From: the human T2T-CHM13v2.0 reference genome, Homo sapiens | DNA: 64,000 bases | Reading direction: 5' to 3' (one strand) | NCBI RefSeq assembly: GCF_009914755.1 | Contig: NC_060940.1 | Shown: piece by piece, positions 45,201 through 59,580 of the stretch | How positions within the stretch are numbered: position 1 is the stretch's first letter | How the letters are laid out: every line of letters starts with the position of its first letter | Program-made: the position numbers and the translations under genes | The notes under the pieces: model-generated | Seen by the model: the letters and a program-made list of their open reading frames with translations, nothing else | Databases searched by the model: none | Told to the model about the DNA's origin: nothing

Positions 45201-45348
45201 ATTGGTTGACATTTCCATTCGATTCCATTCGATGATGATTCCCTTTGATTCCGTTCAAAGATGATTCCATTCTAGCCCATTCAATCATTCCATTCGATTC
45301 TATTCAATGATGATTCCATTCATGTCGATTTGGTGATTCCATTTGACT
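39237..45348 (+). repeat. Canonical 6,112-bp unit (used here as the reference; the unit start is arbitrary)
   Basis: Exact 6,112-bp landmark spacing to both neighbouring periods. Confidence 0.95.
41922..41932 (-). promoter_or_regulatory. DUX4 consensus match TAATTGAATCA (representative site; one per full unit)
   Basis: TGATTCAATTA on + equals TAATTGAATCA on -, fitting TAAYYBAATCA. Also at 6304, 16186, 24233, 29775, 35800, 48034, 54146 and 60454. This is a motif match only; binding is not shown. Confidence 0.5.
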
Positions 45349-48300
45349 TCATTTGATGATGATTCCTTTCAAGTTCATTAGATGATTCCATTCGATTCCA
45401 TTTGATGATGATCCCATTCGAGTCCATTCAGTGATTCCATTCGTTTCCATTCCATGATGATTCCATTCCTTTCCATTCAATGATTCCATTCGATTCCGTT
45501 TGATGATGATTTCATTCGAGTCCATTTGATGATTCCATTTGATTCCATTCGATGATGATTCCATTCGAGTCCATTCGATGATTCTATTCGAATCCATTTG
45601 ATGATTTCTTTTGATTATATTTGGTGATGATTCCATTGGAGTCCATTCAATGATTCCATTCTATTCCAATCGATGATGATTCCATTAGAGTCCATTTAAT
45701 GATTCCATTTGATTCCAGTCTCTGATGATTACATTCGAGTCCATACGATGATTCCACTCAATTCCATATGATGATGATTCCATTTGATTCCATTCGGTGA
45801 TTCCATTCTATTCTATTCAATGGTGATTCCATTCGAGTACATTAGATGATTCCATTCGATTCCATTCAATGATGATTCTATTTGTGTCCCTTAGATGATT
45901 CCACATGATTCCATTAGATGATGATACTATTTGAGCCCATCCAATGATTCCCTTCGATTCCATTCGATGAGGATTCCATTCGATTCAATTCATTGGTGAT
46001 TCTATTCAATTCAATTCTTTGATTCCATTCCATTCCATTCGACAATGATTCCATTCGATTTCTTTCGATGATTCCACTCGATTCCACTTGACATTGATTC
46101 CATTCGATTCCATTCAATGATTCCATTTGATTCCAGTGGATGATGATTGCCATCGATTCCATTCGATCACTCCATTCTATTCCATTTGATGATGATTACA
46201 TTCGATTCCATTTGATGATTCCATCTGATTCTATTCGAGGATTCCATTTGATTCCATTCGATGATGATTCCATTCGAGTCCATTCGATGATTTCATTCGA
46301 GTACATCCAATGATTCCATTCGAGTCCATTAGATGATTCCATTTGATTCCATTTGAAAATGATTCTACTAGAGTCCATTCAATGACTCCATTCGAGTCCA
46401 TTCAACAATTCCATTCGACTCCATTCGATGATTCCATTCGATTCCATTTGATGGTTCCATTCGAGTCCATTTAATCATTACAGTCGAGTCCATTTGGTGA
46501 TTCCACTGGATTTCTTTTGATAATGATACCATTCAATTACATTTGATGATGATCCCATTCAATTTCATTGGATGATGATTCCATTAGAGTCCATTCGATG
46601 ATTTCATTCGAGTCCCTTCATTGATTCCATCCGATTTCATTGGATGATGACTCCATTCGAGTCCATTCGATGATTCCACTCGATTCCATTAGATGACTCC
46701 ATTGGAGTCCATTTGATTGTTCCATTCGATTCCATTCGATTCCTTTCGAAGATTATTCCATTTGAGTCCATTCGATGATGATTCCATTCCATTCCATTCG
46801 ATGATTCCGTTTGATTCCATTCGATGATTCCCTTCGATTCCTTTCTTTGATGATTCCATTCCATTCCATTCAATGATTCCATTCGAATCTATTCCATGAT
46901 GATTCCTTTCGATTCCATTCGCTGATGTTTCCGTTCAATTCCATTCGATGATGATTCCATTCGATTCCATTCATTGAGGATTCCATTTGATTCCATTCAA
47001 TGATGATTCCATTCTATTCCATTCAATGATTGCATTCAATTCCATTCAATGATTATCCCATTAGAATAAACTCAACGATTCCATTCAATACCATTCGATG
47101 ATGATTCCTTTTGAGTCCATTCAATGATTTCATTCAAGTCCATTTGATGATTCCTTTCAATTCCATTCTATGATGATTCCATTCGAGTCCATTCGATGAT
47201 TCCATTCGATTGCATTCGATTATTCCATTATATTCCAGTCAACGGTGATTCCATTCGAGTCCATTCCATGATTCCATTAGAGTACATTTAATGATTGCTT
47301 TGTTTTCAATTCGAAGATGATTACATTGGATTCCATTCTATGATACCATTCGATTCCATTCAATGATGATTCCACTCAAATCCATTGGATGATTCCATTC
47401 CTGTCCATTCGGTGATTTCATTAGATTCCATTCGAGGATGATTCCATTCGATTCCATTCGATGATTCCATTCAATTCCATTCGATGATGATTCCATTCCA
47501 GTCCATATGATCATTCCATTTGATTTCATTCGATGATGATTCCATTCGATTCGATTCGACGATTCCATTCTATTCCATTCGATGATGATTCCATTCGAGT
47601 CCATTCGATGATTCCATTCGAGTCCATTTAATGATTCCATTGGGTTCAATTCAATGATGATTACATTGGATTCCGTTCTATGATTCCATTCAATTCCGTT
47701 CATTGACAATTTGATTCCATTCGATGATGATTCCATTTGAGTTCATTCGATGATTCTATTCGATTCTCTTCGATGGTGATTCAATTCTATTATATTGGAT
47801 GATTCCATTCGATTCCATTTGATGTTGATTCAATTCGATTCTATTCGATGATGATTCCATTGGATTTCACTTGATGATTCTATTCGATTCCATTCAATGA
47901 TGATTCACTTCTCGTCCACTGGATGATTCCATTTCATTCCATTCGATGATGATTCCATTCGATTCCATTCGATGATTCCATTTGATTCCATGCGACGGTG
48001 AGCAATTCGATTCAATTCCATGATGATTCTATTTGATTCAATTAGATGATGTTTCCATTCGAATCCATTCCATGATTATTCCATTGGAATCCATTCGGCG
48101 ATGATTCCATATGAGTCAATTCAATGATGATTCCATATGGGTCCGTTCGATGATAATTCCATTTGATTTCATTCGATGCTTCTATTCTATTCCAGTCGAT
48201 GATGATTCCGTTGGAGTCCATACGATGATTCCATTTGATTTCATTTGATGATGATTCCATTCGATGATGATTACATTGGATTCCATTCTATGATTCCATT

Positions 48301-51300
48301 CAATTCCATTCGTTGATGATTCGATTCCATTCAATGATGATTCCATTTGAGTTCATTCGATGATTCTATTCGATTCCGTTCGATGGTGATTCAATTCTAT
48401 TATATTGGATGATTCCACTCGATTCCATTTGATGATTATTCCATTGGAGTCCACTTAGTGAATCCTTTAGATTCTACTCGACGATGATTCCATTCGAGTC
48501 CATTCGATGATACCATTCAATTCCATTCGTTGATGCTTCCATTCAAGTGCATTCGATGATATCATTCGATTCCATTTGATGATAATTCCATTTGATTCCA
48601 TGCGATGATTCTATTCGATTCCATTCAATGATAATTCCATTCAATTCAGTGATTCCTCTGGACTCCATTTGATGATGATTCCATTCAATGATTCCATTCG
48701 ATTCTATTCGAAAATGATTCCATTTGAATCCATTTGATGATGATTCCATTAGATTCCATTTGATGATTCCATTCGATTCCATTCGACGATGATTCCATTC
48801 GATTCCGTTTGATGATTCCATTCTATTCTATTCGATGATGATTCCATTCGATTCCATTCGATGATGATTGGATTCGATTCCATTTGATGATTTCATTTGA
48901 TTCCATTCGTTAATGATTTCGATCAATTCCATTCGATGATTCCATTCGATTCCATTCAATAATGATTACATCCGAGTCCATTCGATGATTCCCTTTGAGC
49001 CTGTTCGATAATTCCATTTGAGTCCAACCAATGATTCCATTCATTTCCATTCAATGATTCCATTCGAGTCCATTTGATCATTCCGGTAGGGTCCATTCGA
49101 TGTTGATTCCATTGGAGTGCATTCGATGATTCCATTCGAGTCCATTTTAGGATTTGATTCGAGTCCTTTCGATGATTCCATTCGATTCCACTCGATGATG
49201 ATTTCATTCGAGTCCATTTGACACTTCCAATCGATTCCATTTGATGATTCCATTCGAGTCCAATTGATGATTCCATTCAATTCCATTCGATGATGATTCC
49301 GTACGATTCCATTCTGTGATGATTCCATGTGATTGCATTCAATGATGATTCCTTTCGATTGCATTCGATTATGATTCATTTCGTGTTCATTCTATGGTTC
49401 CACAGGTTTCCATTCGTGTCCATTCCATTATTCCATTCTATTCCATTTGATGATGATTCCATTCGATTCCATTCATTGGTGATTCCACTCAATTCCATTC
49501 AATGATTCCATTCCATTTCTTTCAACAATGATTCCATTAGTTTCTAATCGATGATCCACTTGATTCCATTTGACGACGATTCCATTCTTGTCCATTCGAT
49601 GATTCCATTTGATTCCATATGATGATGATTCCATTCGATTCCATACCATGATGATTCCATTCGAGTCCATTCAATGGTGATTCCATTCAATTCCATTCGA
49701 TGATTCCTTTTCATTCCATTCGATGATGATTGCATTCGATTCCTTTCAATCATTCCCTTTGATTCCATTCAAAAGTGATTTCATTCAAGTCCATTCGATA
49801 ATTGCATTCGATTCCATTCTATGATGATTCCATTCGAGTCCATTTGATGATTCCATTCAATTCAAGTCAATGATGATTCCATTCGATTCCATTCGATGAT
49901 TCCATTGGATTCCATTCGATGATGATTCCATTCAAATCCATTCGATAATTCAATTCAAGTCCATTCGATGATGATTCCAATCGAATCCATTCAAAGATTC
50001 CATTCAGTTCCATTCGATGATTCCCTTAGATTCCATTCGATGATTCCACTTGATTGCATTTACGATGATTCCATTCGATTCCATGTGATGATTCCATTCA
50101 ATTCTATTCAATGATGTCTCCATTTGATTCCATTCGACCATGATTGCCTTTGATTCCATTCAATGATTCCATTCGGTTCCGTTTGATGATGATTCCGTTC
50201 GATTCCATTTGATGATTCCATTTGATTCCATTGGATGAGTCCATTCGATTACATTCGATGATTATTCCATTCGAGTGCATTAGATGATTCCATTCGAGTC
50301 CATTCGATGATTCCATTCGATTCCATTCGATGTTGATTCTGTTCAAATCCATTCGATGATTCCACTCGATTCCATTCGTTGACTCCATTTGATCCCATTC
50401 GATGATTTCCTTTGATTCCCTTTGATGATCATTCCATTTGATTCAATTCGGTGATTTCATTTGATTCCATTCAGTGATGTTTCCATTCGACTCCATTCGA
50501 TGATGATTCCATTCGACTCCATTCGATTATGATTTCATTCAATTCCATTCGATAATGATTCCCTTCGAGTCCATTCGATGATTCCATTCGATTCCATTCA
50601 ACGATGATTTGATTCGTGTCCATTCGATGATTCCATTTGATTCCACTTGATGATGATTCCATTCGAGTCCATTTGATGATTCCATTCAATTCCATACTCC
50701 GATGATTTCTTTTGAGCCCACTCAATGCTTCCACTCGATTCCATATGATGATGACTCCATTCGATGAAATTCGATGATGATTCCATTCGCTTGCTTTCGA
50801 TGATGATTCCACTTGAGTCCGTTAGAAGATTCTATTCAATTACATTCCATGACGATTCCGTTCGAGTCCATTTGATGATTCCATTAGACTCCATTCGACG
50901 ATGATTCCATTCGATGTTATTCGATGATTCCATTCGATCTCATTCGATGATGATTCCATTCAACTCCATTCGATGTTTCCATTCGAGTTCATTCTATTAT
51001 TCCATTAGATTCCATTCGATGATGATTCCATTCGATTCCATTTGATGATTGCATTCTATTTCATTTGATGATGATTCCATTCGAGTCCACTCGATGATTC
51101 CATTCGAGTCCATTTAATGAATCCATTGGTTTCAATTCTATGATGATTACATTGGATTCCATTCGTTGATGATTTCATTCGGTTCCATTCAATGATGATT
51201 CTATTCAATTCCTTTCAATGTTTCCATTCAATTCCATACGATGATGATTCCATTTGATTTGATTCGACAGTGAGCCATTCGATTCAATTCCATGATGATT

Positions 51301-51460
51301 CTATTTGATTCAATTGGTTGACATTTCCATTCGATTCCATTCGATGATGATTCCCTTTGATTCCGTTCAAAGATGATTCCATTCTAGCCCATTCAATCAT
51401 TCCATTCGATTCTATTCAATGATGATTCCATTCATGTCGATTTGGTGATTCCATTTGACT
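45349..51460 (+). repeat. Canonical 6,112-bp unit
   Basis: Exact 6,112-bp landmark spacing. Confidence 0.95.
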
Positions 51461-54400
51461 TCATTTGATGATGATTCCTTTCAAGTTCATTAGATGATTC
51501 CATTCGATTCCATTTGATGATGATCCCATTCGAGTCCATTCAGTGATTCCATTCGTTTCCATTCCATGATGATTCCATTCCTTTCCATTCAATGATTCCA
51601 TTCGATTCCGTTTGATGATGATTTCATTCGAGTCCATTTGATGATTCCATTTGATTCCATTCGATGATGATTCCATTCGAGTCCATTCGATGATTCTATT
51701 CGAATCCATTTGATGATTTCTTTTGATTATATTTGGTGATGATTCCATTGGAGTCCATTCAATGATTCCATTCTATTCCAATCGATGATGATTCCATTAG
51801 AGTCCATTTAATGATTCCATTTGATTCCAGTCTCTGATGATTACATTCGAGTCCATACGATGATTCCACTCAATTCCATATGATGATGATTCCATTTGAT
51901 TCCATTCGGTGATTCCATTCTATTCTATTCAATGGTGATTCCATTCGAGTACATTAGATGATTCCATTCGATTCCATTCAATGATGATTCTATTTGTGTC
52001 CCTTAGATGATTCCACATGATTCCATTAGATGATGATACTATTTGAGCCCATCCAATGATTCCCTTCGATTCCATTCGATGAGGATTCCATTCGATTCAA
52101 TTCATTGGTGATTCTATTCAATTCAATTCTTTGATTCCATTCCATTCCATTCGACAATGATTCCATTCGATTTCTTTCGATGATTCCACTCGATTCCACT
52201 TGACATTGATTCCATTCGATTCCATTCAATGATTCCATTTGATTCCAGTGGATGATGATTGCCATCGATTCCATTCGATCACTCCATTCTATTCCATTTG
52301 ATGATGATTACATTCGATTCCATTTGATGATTCCATCTGATTCTATTCGAGGATTCCATTTGATTCCATTCGATGATGATTCCATTCGAGTCCATTCGAT
52401 GATTTCATTCGAGTACATCCAATGATTCCATTCGAGTCCATTAGATGATTCCATTTGATTCCATTTGAAAATGATTCTACTAGAGTCCATTCAATGACTC
52501 CATTCGAGTCCATTCAACAATTCCATTCGACTCCATTCGATGATTCCATTCGATTCCATTTGATGGTTCCATTCGAGTCCATTTAATCATTACAGTCGAG
52601 TCCATTTGGTGATTCCACTGGATTTCTTTTGATAATGATACCATTCAATTACATTTGATGATGATCCCATTCAATTTCATTGGATGATGATTCCATTAGA
52701 GTCCATTCGATGATTTCATTCGAGTCCCTTCATTGATTCCATCCGATTTCATTGGATGATGACTCCATTCGAGTCCATTCGATGATTCCAATCGATTCCA
52801 TTAGATGACTCCATTGGAGTCCATTTGATTGTTCCATTCGATTCCATTCGATTCCTTTCGAAGATTATTCCATTTGAGTCCATTCGATGATGATTCCATT
52901 CCATTCCATTCGATGATTCCGTTTGATTCCATTCGATGATTCCCTTCGATTCCTTTCTTTGATGATTCCATTCCATTCCATTCAATGATTCCATTCGAAT
53001 CTATTCCATGATGATTCCTTTCGATTCCATTCGCTGATGTTTCCGTTCAATTCCATTCGATGATGATTCCATTCGATTCCATTCATTGAGGATTCCATTT
53101 GATTCCATTCAATGATGATTCCATTCTATTCCATTCAATGATTGCATTCAATTCCATTCAATGATTATCCCCTTAGAGTAAACTCAACGATTCCATTCAA
53201 TACCATTCGATGATGATTCCTTTTGAGTCCATTCAATGATTTCATTCAAGTCCATTTGATGATTCCTTTCAATTCCATTCTATGATGATTCCATTCGAGT
53301 CCATTCGATGATTCCATTCGATTGCATTCGATGATTCCATTATATTCCATTCAACGGTGATTCCATTCGAGTCCATTCCATGATTCCATTAGAGTACATT
53401 TAATGATTGCTTTGTTTTCAATTCGAAGATGATTACATTGGATTCCATTCTATGATACCATTCGATTCCATTCAATGATGATTCCACTCAAATCCATTGG
53501 ATGATTCCATTCGTGTCCATTCGGTGATTTCATTAGATTCCATTCGAGGATGATTCCATTCGATTCCATTCGATGATTCCATTCAATTCCATTCGATGAT
53601 GATTCCATTCCAGTCCATATGATCATTCCATTTGATTTCATTCGATGATGATTCCATTCGATTCCATTCGACGATTCCATTCTATTCCATTCGATGATGA
53701 TTCCATTCGAGTCCATTCGATGATTCCATTCGAGTCCATTTAATGATTCCATTGGGTTCAATTCAATGATGATTACATTGGATTCCGTTCTATGATTCCA
53801 TTCAATTCCGTTCATTGACAATTTGATTCCATTCGATGATGATTCCATTTGAGTTCATTCGATGATTCTATTCGATTCTCTTCGATGGTGATTCAATTCT
53901 ATTATATTGGATGATTCCATTCGATTCCATTTGATGTTGATTCAATTCGATTCTATTCGATGATGATTCCATTGGATTTCACTTGATGATTCTATTCGAT
54001 TCCATTCAATGATGATTCACTTCTCGTCCATTGGATGATTCCATTTCATTCCATTCGATGATGATTCCATTCGATTCCATTCGATGATTCCATTTGATTC
54101 CATGCGACGGTGAGCAATTCGATTCAATTCCATGATGATTCTATTTGATTCAATTAGATGATGTTTCCATTCGAATCCATTCCATGATTATTCCATTGGA
54201 ATCCATTCGGCGATGATTCCATATGAGTCAATTCAATGATGATTCCATATGGGTCCGTTCGATGATAATTCCATTTGATTTCATTCGATGCTTCTATTCT
54301 ATTCCAGTCGATGATGATTCCGTTGGAGTCCATACGATGATTCCATTTGATTTCATTTGATGATGATTCCATTCGATGATGATTACATTGGATTCCATTC

Positions 54401-57400
54401 TATGATTCCATTCAATTCCATTCGTTGATGATTCGATTCCATTCAATGATGATTCCATTTGAGTTCATTCGATGATTCTATTCGATTCCGTTCGATGGTG
54501 ATTCAATTCTATTATATTGGATGATTCCACTCGATTCCATTTGATGATTATTCCATTGGAGTCCACTTAGTGAATCCTTTAGATTCTACTCGACGATGAT
54601 TCCATTCGAGTCCATTCGATGATACCATTCAATTCCATTCGTTGATGCTTCCATTCAAGTGCATTCGATGATATCATTCGATTCCATTTGATGATAATTC
54701 CATTTGATTCCATGCGGTGATTCTATTCGATTCCATTCAATGATAATTCCATTCAATTCAGTGATTCCTCTGGACTCCATTTGATGATGATTCCATTCAA
54801 TGATTCCATTCGATTCTATTCGAAAATGATTCCATTTGAATCCATTTGATGATGATTCCATTAGATTCCATTTGATGATTCCATTCGATTCCATTCGACG
54901 ATGATTCCATTCGATTCCGTTTGATGATTCCATTCTATTCTATTCGATGATGATTCCATTCGATTCCATTCGATGATGATTGGATTCGATTCCATTTGAT
55001 GATTTCATTTGATTCCATTCGTTAATGATTTCGATCAATTCCATTCGATGATTCCATTCGATTCCATTCGATAATGATTACATCCGAGTCCATTCGATGA
55101 TTCCCTTTGAGCCTGTTCGATAATTCCATTTGAGTCCAACCAATGATTCCATTCATTTCCATTCAATGATTCCATTCGAGTCCATTTGATCATTCCGGTA
55201 GGGTCCATTCGATGTTGATTCCATTGGAGTGCATTCGATGATTCCATTCGAGTCCATTTTAGGATTTGATTCGAGTCCTTTCGATGATTCCATTCGATTC
55301 CACTCGATGATGATTTCATTCGAGTCCATTCGACACTTCCAATCGATTCCATTTGATGATTCCATTCGAGTCCAATTGATGATTCCATTCAATTCCATTC
55401 GATGATGATTCCGTACAATTCCATTCTGTGATGATTCCATGTGATTGCATTCAATGATGATTCCTTTCGATTGCATTCGATTATGATTCATTTCGTGTTC
55501 ATTCTATGGTTCCACAGGTTTCCATTCGTGTCCATTCCATTATTCCATTCTATTCCATTTGATGATGATTCCATTCGATTCCATTCATTGGTGATTCCAC
55601 TCAATTCCATTCAATGATTCCATTCCATTTCTTTCAACAATGATTCCATTAGTTTCTAATCGATGATCCACTTGATTCCATTTGACGACGATTCCATTCT
55701 TGTCCATTCGATGATTCCATTTGATTCCATATGATGATGATTCCATTCGATTCCATACCATGATGATTCCATTCGAGTCCATTCAATGGTGATTCCATTC
55801 AATTCCATTCGATGATTCCTTTCGATTCCATTCGATGATGATGGCATTCGATTCCTTTCAATCATTCCCTTTGATTCCATTCCGAGGTGATTTCATTCAA
55901 GTCCATTCGATAATTGCATTCGATTCCATTCTATGATGATTCCATTCGAGTCCATTTGATGATTCCATTCAATTCAAGTCAATGATGATTCCATTCGATT
56001 CCATTCGATGATTCCATTGGATTCCATTCGATGATGATTCCATTCAAATCCATTCGATAATTCAATTCAAGTCCATTCGATGATGATTCCAATCGAATCC
56101 ATTCAAAGATTCCATTCAGTTCCATTCGATGATTCCCTTAGATTCCATTCGATGATTCCACTTGATTGCATTTACGATGATTCCATTCGATTCCATGTGA
56201 TGATTCCATTCAATTCTATTCAATGATGTCTCCATTTGATTCCATTCGACCATGATTGCCTTTGATTCCATTCAATGATTCCATTCGGTTCCGTTTGATG
56301 ATGATTCCGTTCGATTCCATTTGATGATTCCATTTGATTCCATTGGATGAGTCCATTCGATTACATTCGATGATTATTCCATTCGAGTGCATTAGATGAT
56401 TCCATTCGAGTCCATTCGATGATTCCATTCGATTCCATTCGATGTTGATTCTGTTCAAATCCATTCGATGATTCCACTCGATTCCATTCGTTGACTCCAT
56501 TTGATCCCATTCGATGATTTCCTTTGATTCCCTTTGATGATCATTCCATTTGATTCAATTCGGTGATTTCATTTGATTCCATTCAGTGATGTTTCCATTC
56601 GACTCCATTCGATGATGATTCCATTCGACTCCATTCGATTATGATTTCATTCAATTCCATTCGATAATGATTCCCTTCGAGTCCATTCGATGATTCCATT
56701 CGATTCCATTCAACGATGATTTGATTCGTGTCCATTCGATGATTCCATTTGATTCCACTTGATGATGATTCCATTCGAGTCCATTTGATGATTCCATTCA
56801 ATTCCATACTCCGATGATTTCTTTTGAGCCCACTCAATGCTTCCACTCGATTCCATATGATGATGACTCCATTCGATGAAATTCGATGATGATTCCATTC
56901 GCTTGCTTTCGATGATGATTCCACTTGAGTCCGTTAGAAGATTCTATTCAACTACATTCCAGGACGATTCCGTTCGAGTCCATTTGATGATTCCATTAGA
57001 CTCCATTCGACGATGATTCCATTCGATGTTATTCGATGATTCCATTCGATCTCATTCGATGATGATTCCATTCAACTCCATTCGATGTTTCCATTCGAGT
57101 TCATTCTATTATTCCATTAGATTCCATTCGATGATGATTCCATTCGATTCCATTTGATGATTGCATTCTATTTCATTTGATGATGATTCCATTCGAGTCC
57201 ACTCGATGATTCCATTCGAGTCCATTTAATGAATCCATTGGTTTCAATTCTATGATGATTACATTGGATTCCATTCGTTGATGATTTCATTCGGTTCCAT
57301 TCAATGATGATTCCATTCAATTCCTTTCAATGTTTCCATTCAATTCCATACGATGATGATTCCATTTGATTTGATTCGACAGTGAGCCATTCGATTCAAT

Positions 57401-57572
57401 TCCATGATGATTCTATTTGATTCAATTGGTTGACATTTCCATTCGATTCCATTCGATGATGATTCCCTTTGATTCCGTTCAAAGATGATTCCATTCTAGC
57501 CCATTCAATCATTCCATTCGATTCTATTCAATGATGATTCCATTCATGTCGATTTGGTGATTCCATTTGACT
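51461..57572 (+). repeat. Canonical 6,112-bp unit
   Basis: Exact 6,112-bp landmark spacing. Confidence 0.95.
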
Positions 57573-58019
57573 TCATTTGATGATGATTCCTTTCAAGTTC
57601 ATTAGATGATTCCATTCGATTCCATTTGATGATGATCCCATTCGAGTCCATTCAGTGATTCCATTCGTTTCCATTCCATGATGATTCCATTCCTTTCCAT
57701 TCAATGATTCCATTCGATTCCGTTTGATGATGATTTCATTCGAGTCCATTTGATGATTCCATTTGATTCCATTCGATGATGATTCCATTCGAGTCCATTC
57801 GATGATTCTATTCGAATCCATTTGATGATTTCTTTTCATTATATTTGGTGATGATTCCATTGGAGTCCATTCAATGATTCCATTCTATTCCAATCGATGA
57901 TGATTCCATTAGAGTCCATTTAATGATTCCATTTGATTCCAGTCTCTGATGATTACATTCGAGTCCATACGATGATTCCACTCAATTCCATATGATGATG
58001 ATTCCATTTGATTCCATTC

Positions 58020-58071
58020 GGTGATTCCATTCTATTCTAATCAATGGTGATTCCATTCTATTCTATTCAAT
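58020..58071 (+). repeat. 26-bp tandem duplication (one monomer)
   Basis: GGTGATTCCATTCTATTCTAATCAAT is followed by GGTGATTCCATTCTATTCTATTCAAT, with one mismatch. Confidence 0.92.
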
Positions 58072-59240
58072 GGTGATTCCATTCGAGTACATTAGATGAT
58101 TCCATTCGATTCCATTCAATGATGATTCTATTTGTGTCCCTTAGATGATTCCACATGATTCCATTAGATGATGATACTATTTGAGCCCATCCAATGATTC
58201 CCTTCGATTCCATTCGATGAGGATTCCATTCGATTCAATTCATTGGTGATTCTATTCAATTCAATTCTTTGATTCCATTCCATTCCATTCGACAATGATT
58301 CCATTCGATTTCTTTCGATGATTCCACTCGATTCCACTTGACATTGATTCCATTCGATTCCATTCAATGATTCCATTTGATTCCAGTGGATGATGATTGC
58401 CATCGATTCCATTCGATCACTCCATTCTATTCCATTTGATGATGATTACATTCGATTCCATTTGATGATTCCATCTGATTCTATTCGAGGATTCCATTTG
58501 ATTCCATTCGATGATGATTCCATTCGAGTCCATTCGATGATTTCATTCGAGTACATCCAATGATTCCATTCGAGTCCATTAGATGATTCCATTTGATTCC
58601 ATTTGAAAATGATTCTACTAGAGTCCATTCAATGACTCCATTCGAGTCCATTCAACAATTCCATTCGACTCCATTCGATGATTCCATTCGATTCCATTTG
58701 ATGGTTCCATTCGCGTCCATTTAATCATTACAGTCGAGTCCGTTTGGTGATTCCACTGGATTTCTTTTGATAATGATACCATTCAATTACATTTGATGAT
58801 GATCCCATTCAATTTCATTTGATGATGATTCCATTAGAGTCCATTCGATGATTTCATTCGAGTCCCTTCATTGATTCCATCCGATTTCATTGGATGATGA
58901 CTCCATTCGAGTCCATTCGATGATTCCACTCGATTCCATTAGATGACTCCATTGGAGTCCATTTGATTGTTCCATTCGATTCCATTCGATTCCTTTCGAA
59001 GATTATTCCATTTGAGTCCATTCGATGATGATTCCATTCTATTCCATTCGATGATTCCGTTTGATTCCATTCGATGATTCCCTTCGATTCCTTTCTTTGA
59101 TGATTCCATTCCATTCCATTCAATGATTCCATTCGAATCTATTCCATGATGATTCCTTTCGATTCCATTCGCTGATGTTTCCGTTCAATTCCATTCGATG
59201 ATGATTCCATTCGATTCCATTCATTGAGGATTCCATTTGA

Positions 59241-59580
59241 TTCCATTCAATGATGATTCCATTGTATTCCATTCAATGATTGCATTCAATTCCATTCAAT
59301 GATTATCCCATTAGGGTAAACTCAACGATTCCATTCAATACCATTCGATGATGATTCCTTTTGAGTCCATTCAATGATTTCATTCAAGTCCATTTGATGA
59401 TTCCTTTCAATTCCATTCAATGATGATTCCATTCTATTCCATTCAATGATTGCATTCAATTCCATTCAATGATTATCCCATTAGAGTAAACTCAACGATT
59501 CCATTCAATACCATTCGATGATGATTCCTTTTGAGTCCATTCAATGATTTCATTCAAGTCCATTTGATGATTCCTTTCAA
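59241..59580 (+). repeat. 170-bp tandem duplication
   Basis: Copies start at 59241 and 59411. The distinctive TATCCCATTAG(G/A)GTAAACTCAACG motif appears twice; I saw two mismatches between copies. Confidence 0.93.
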
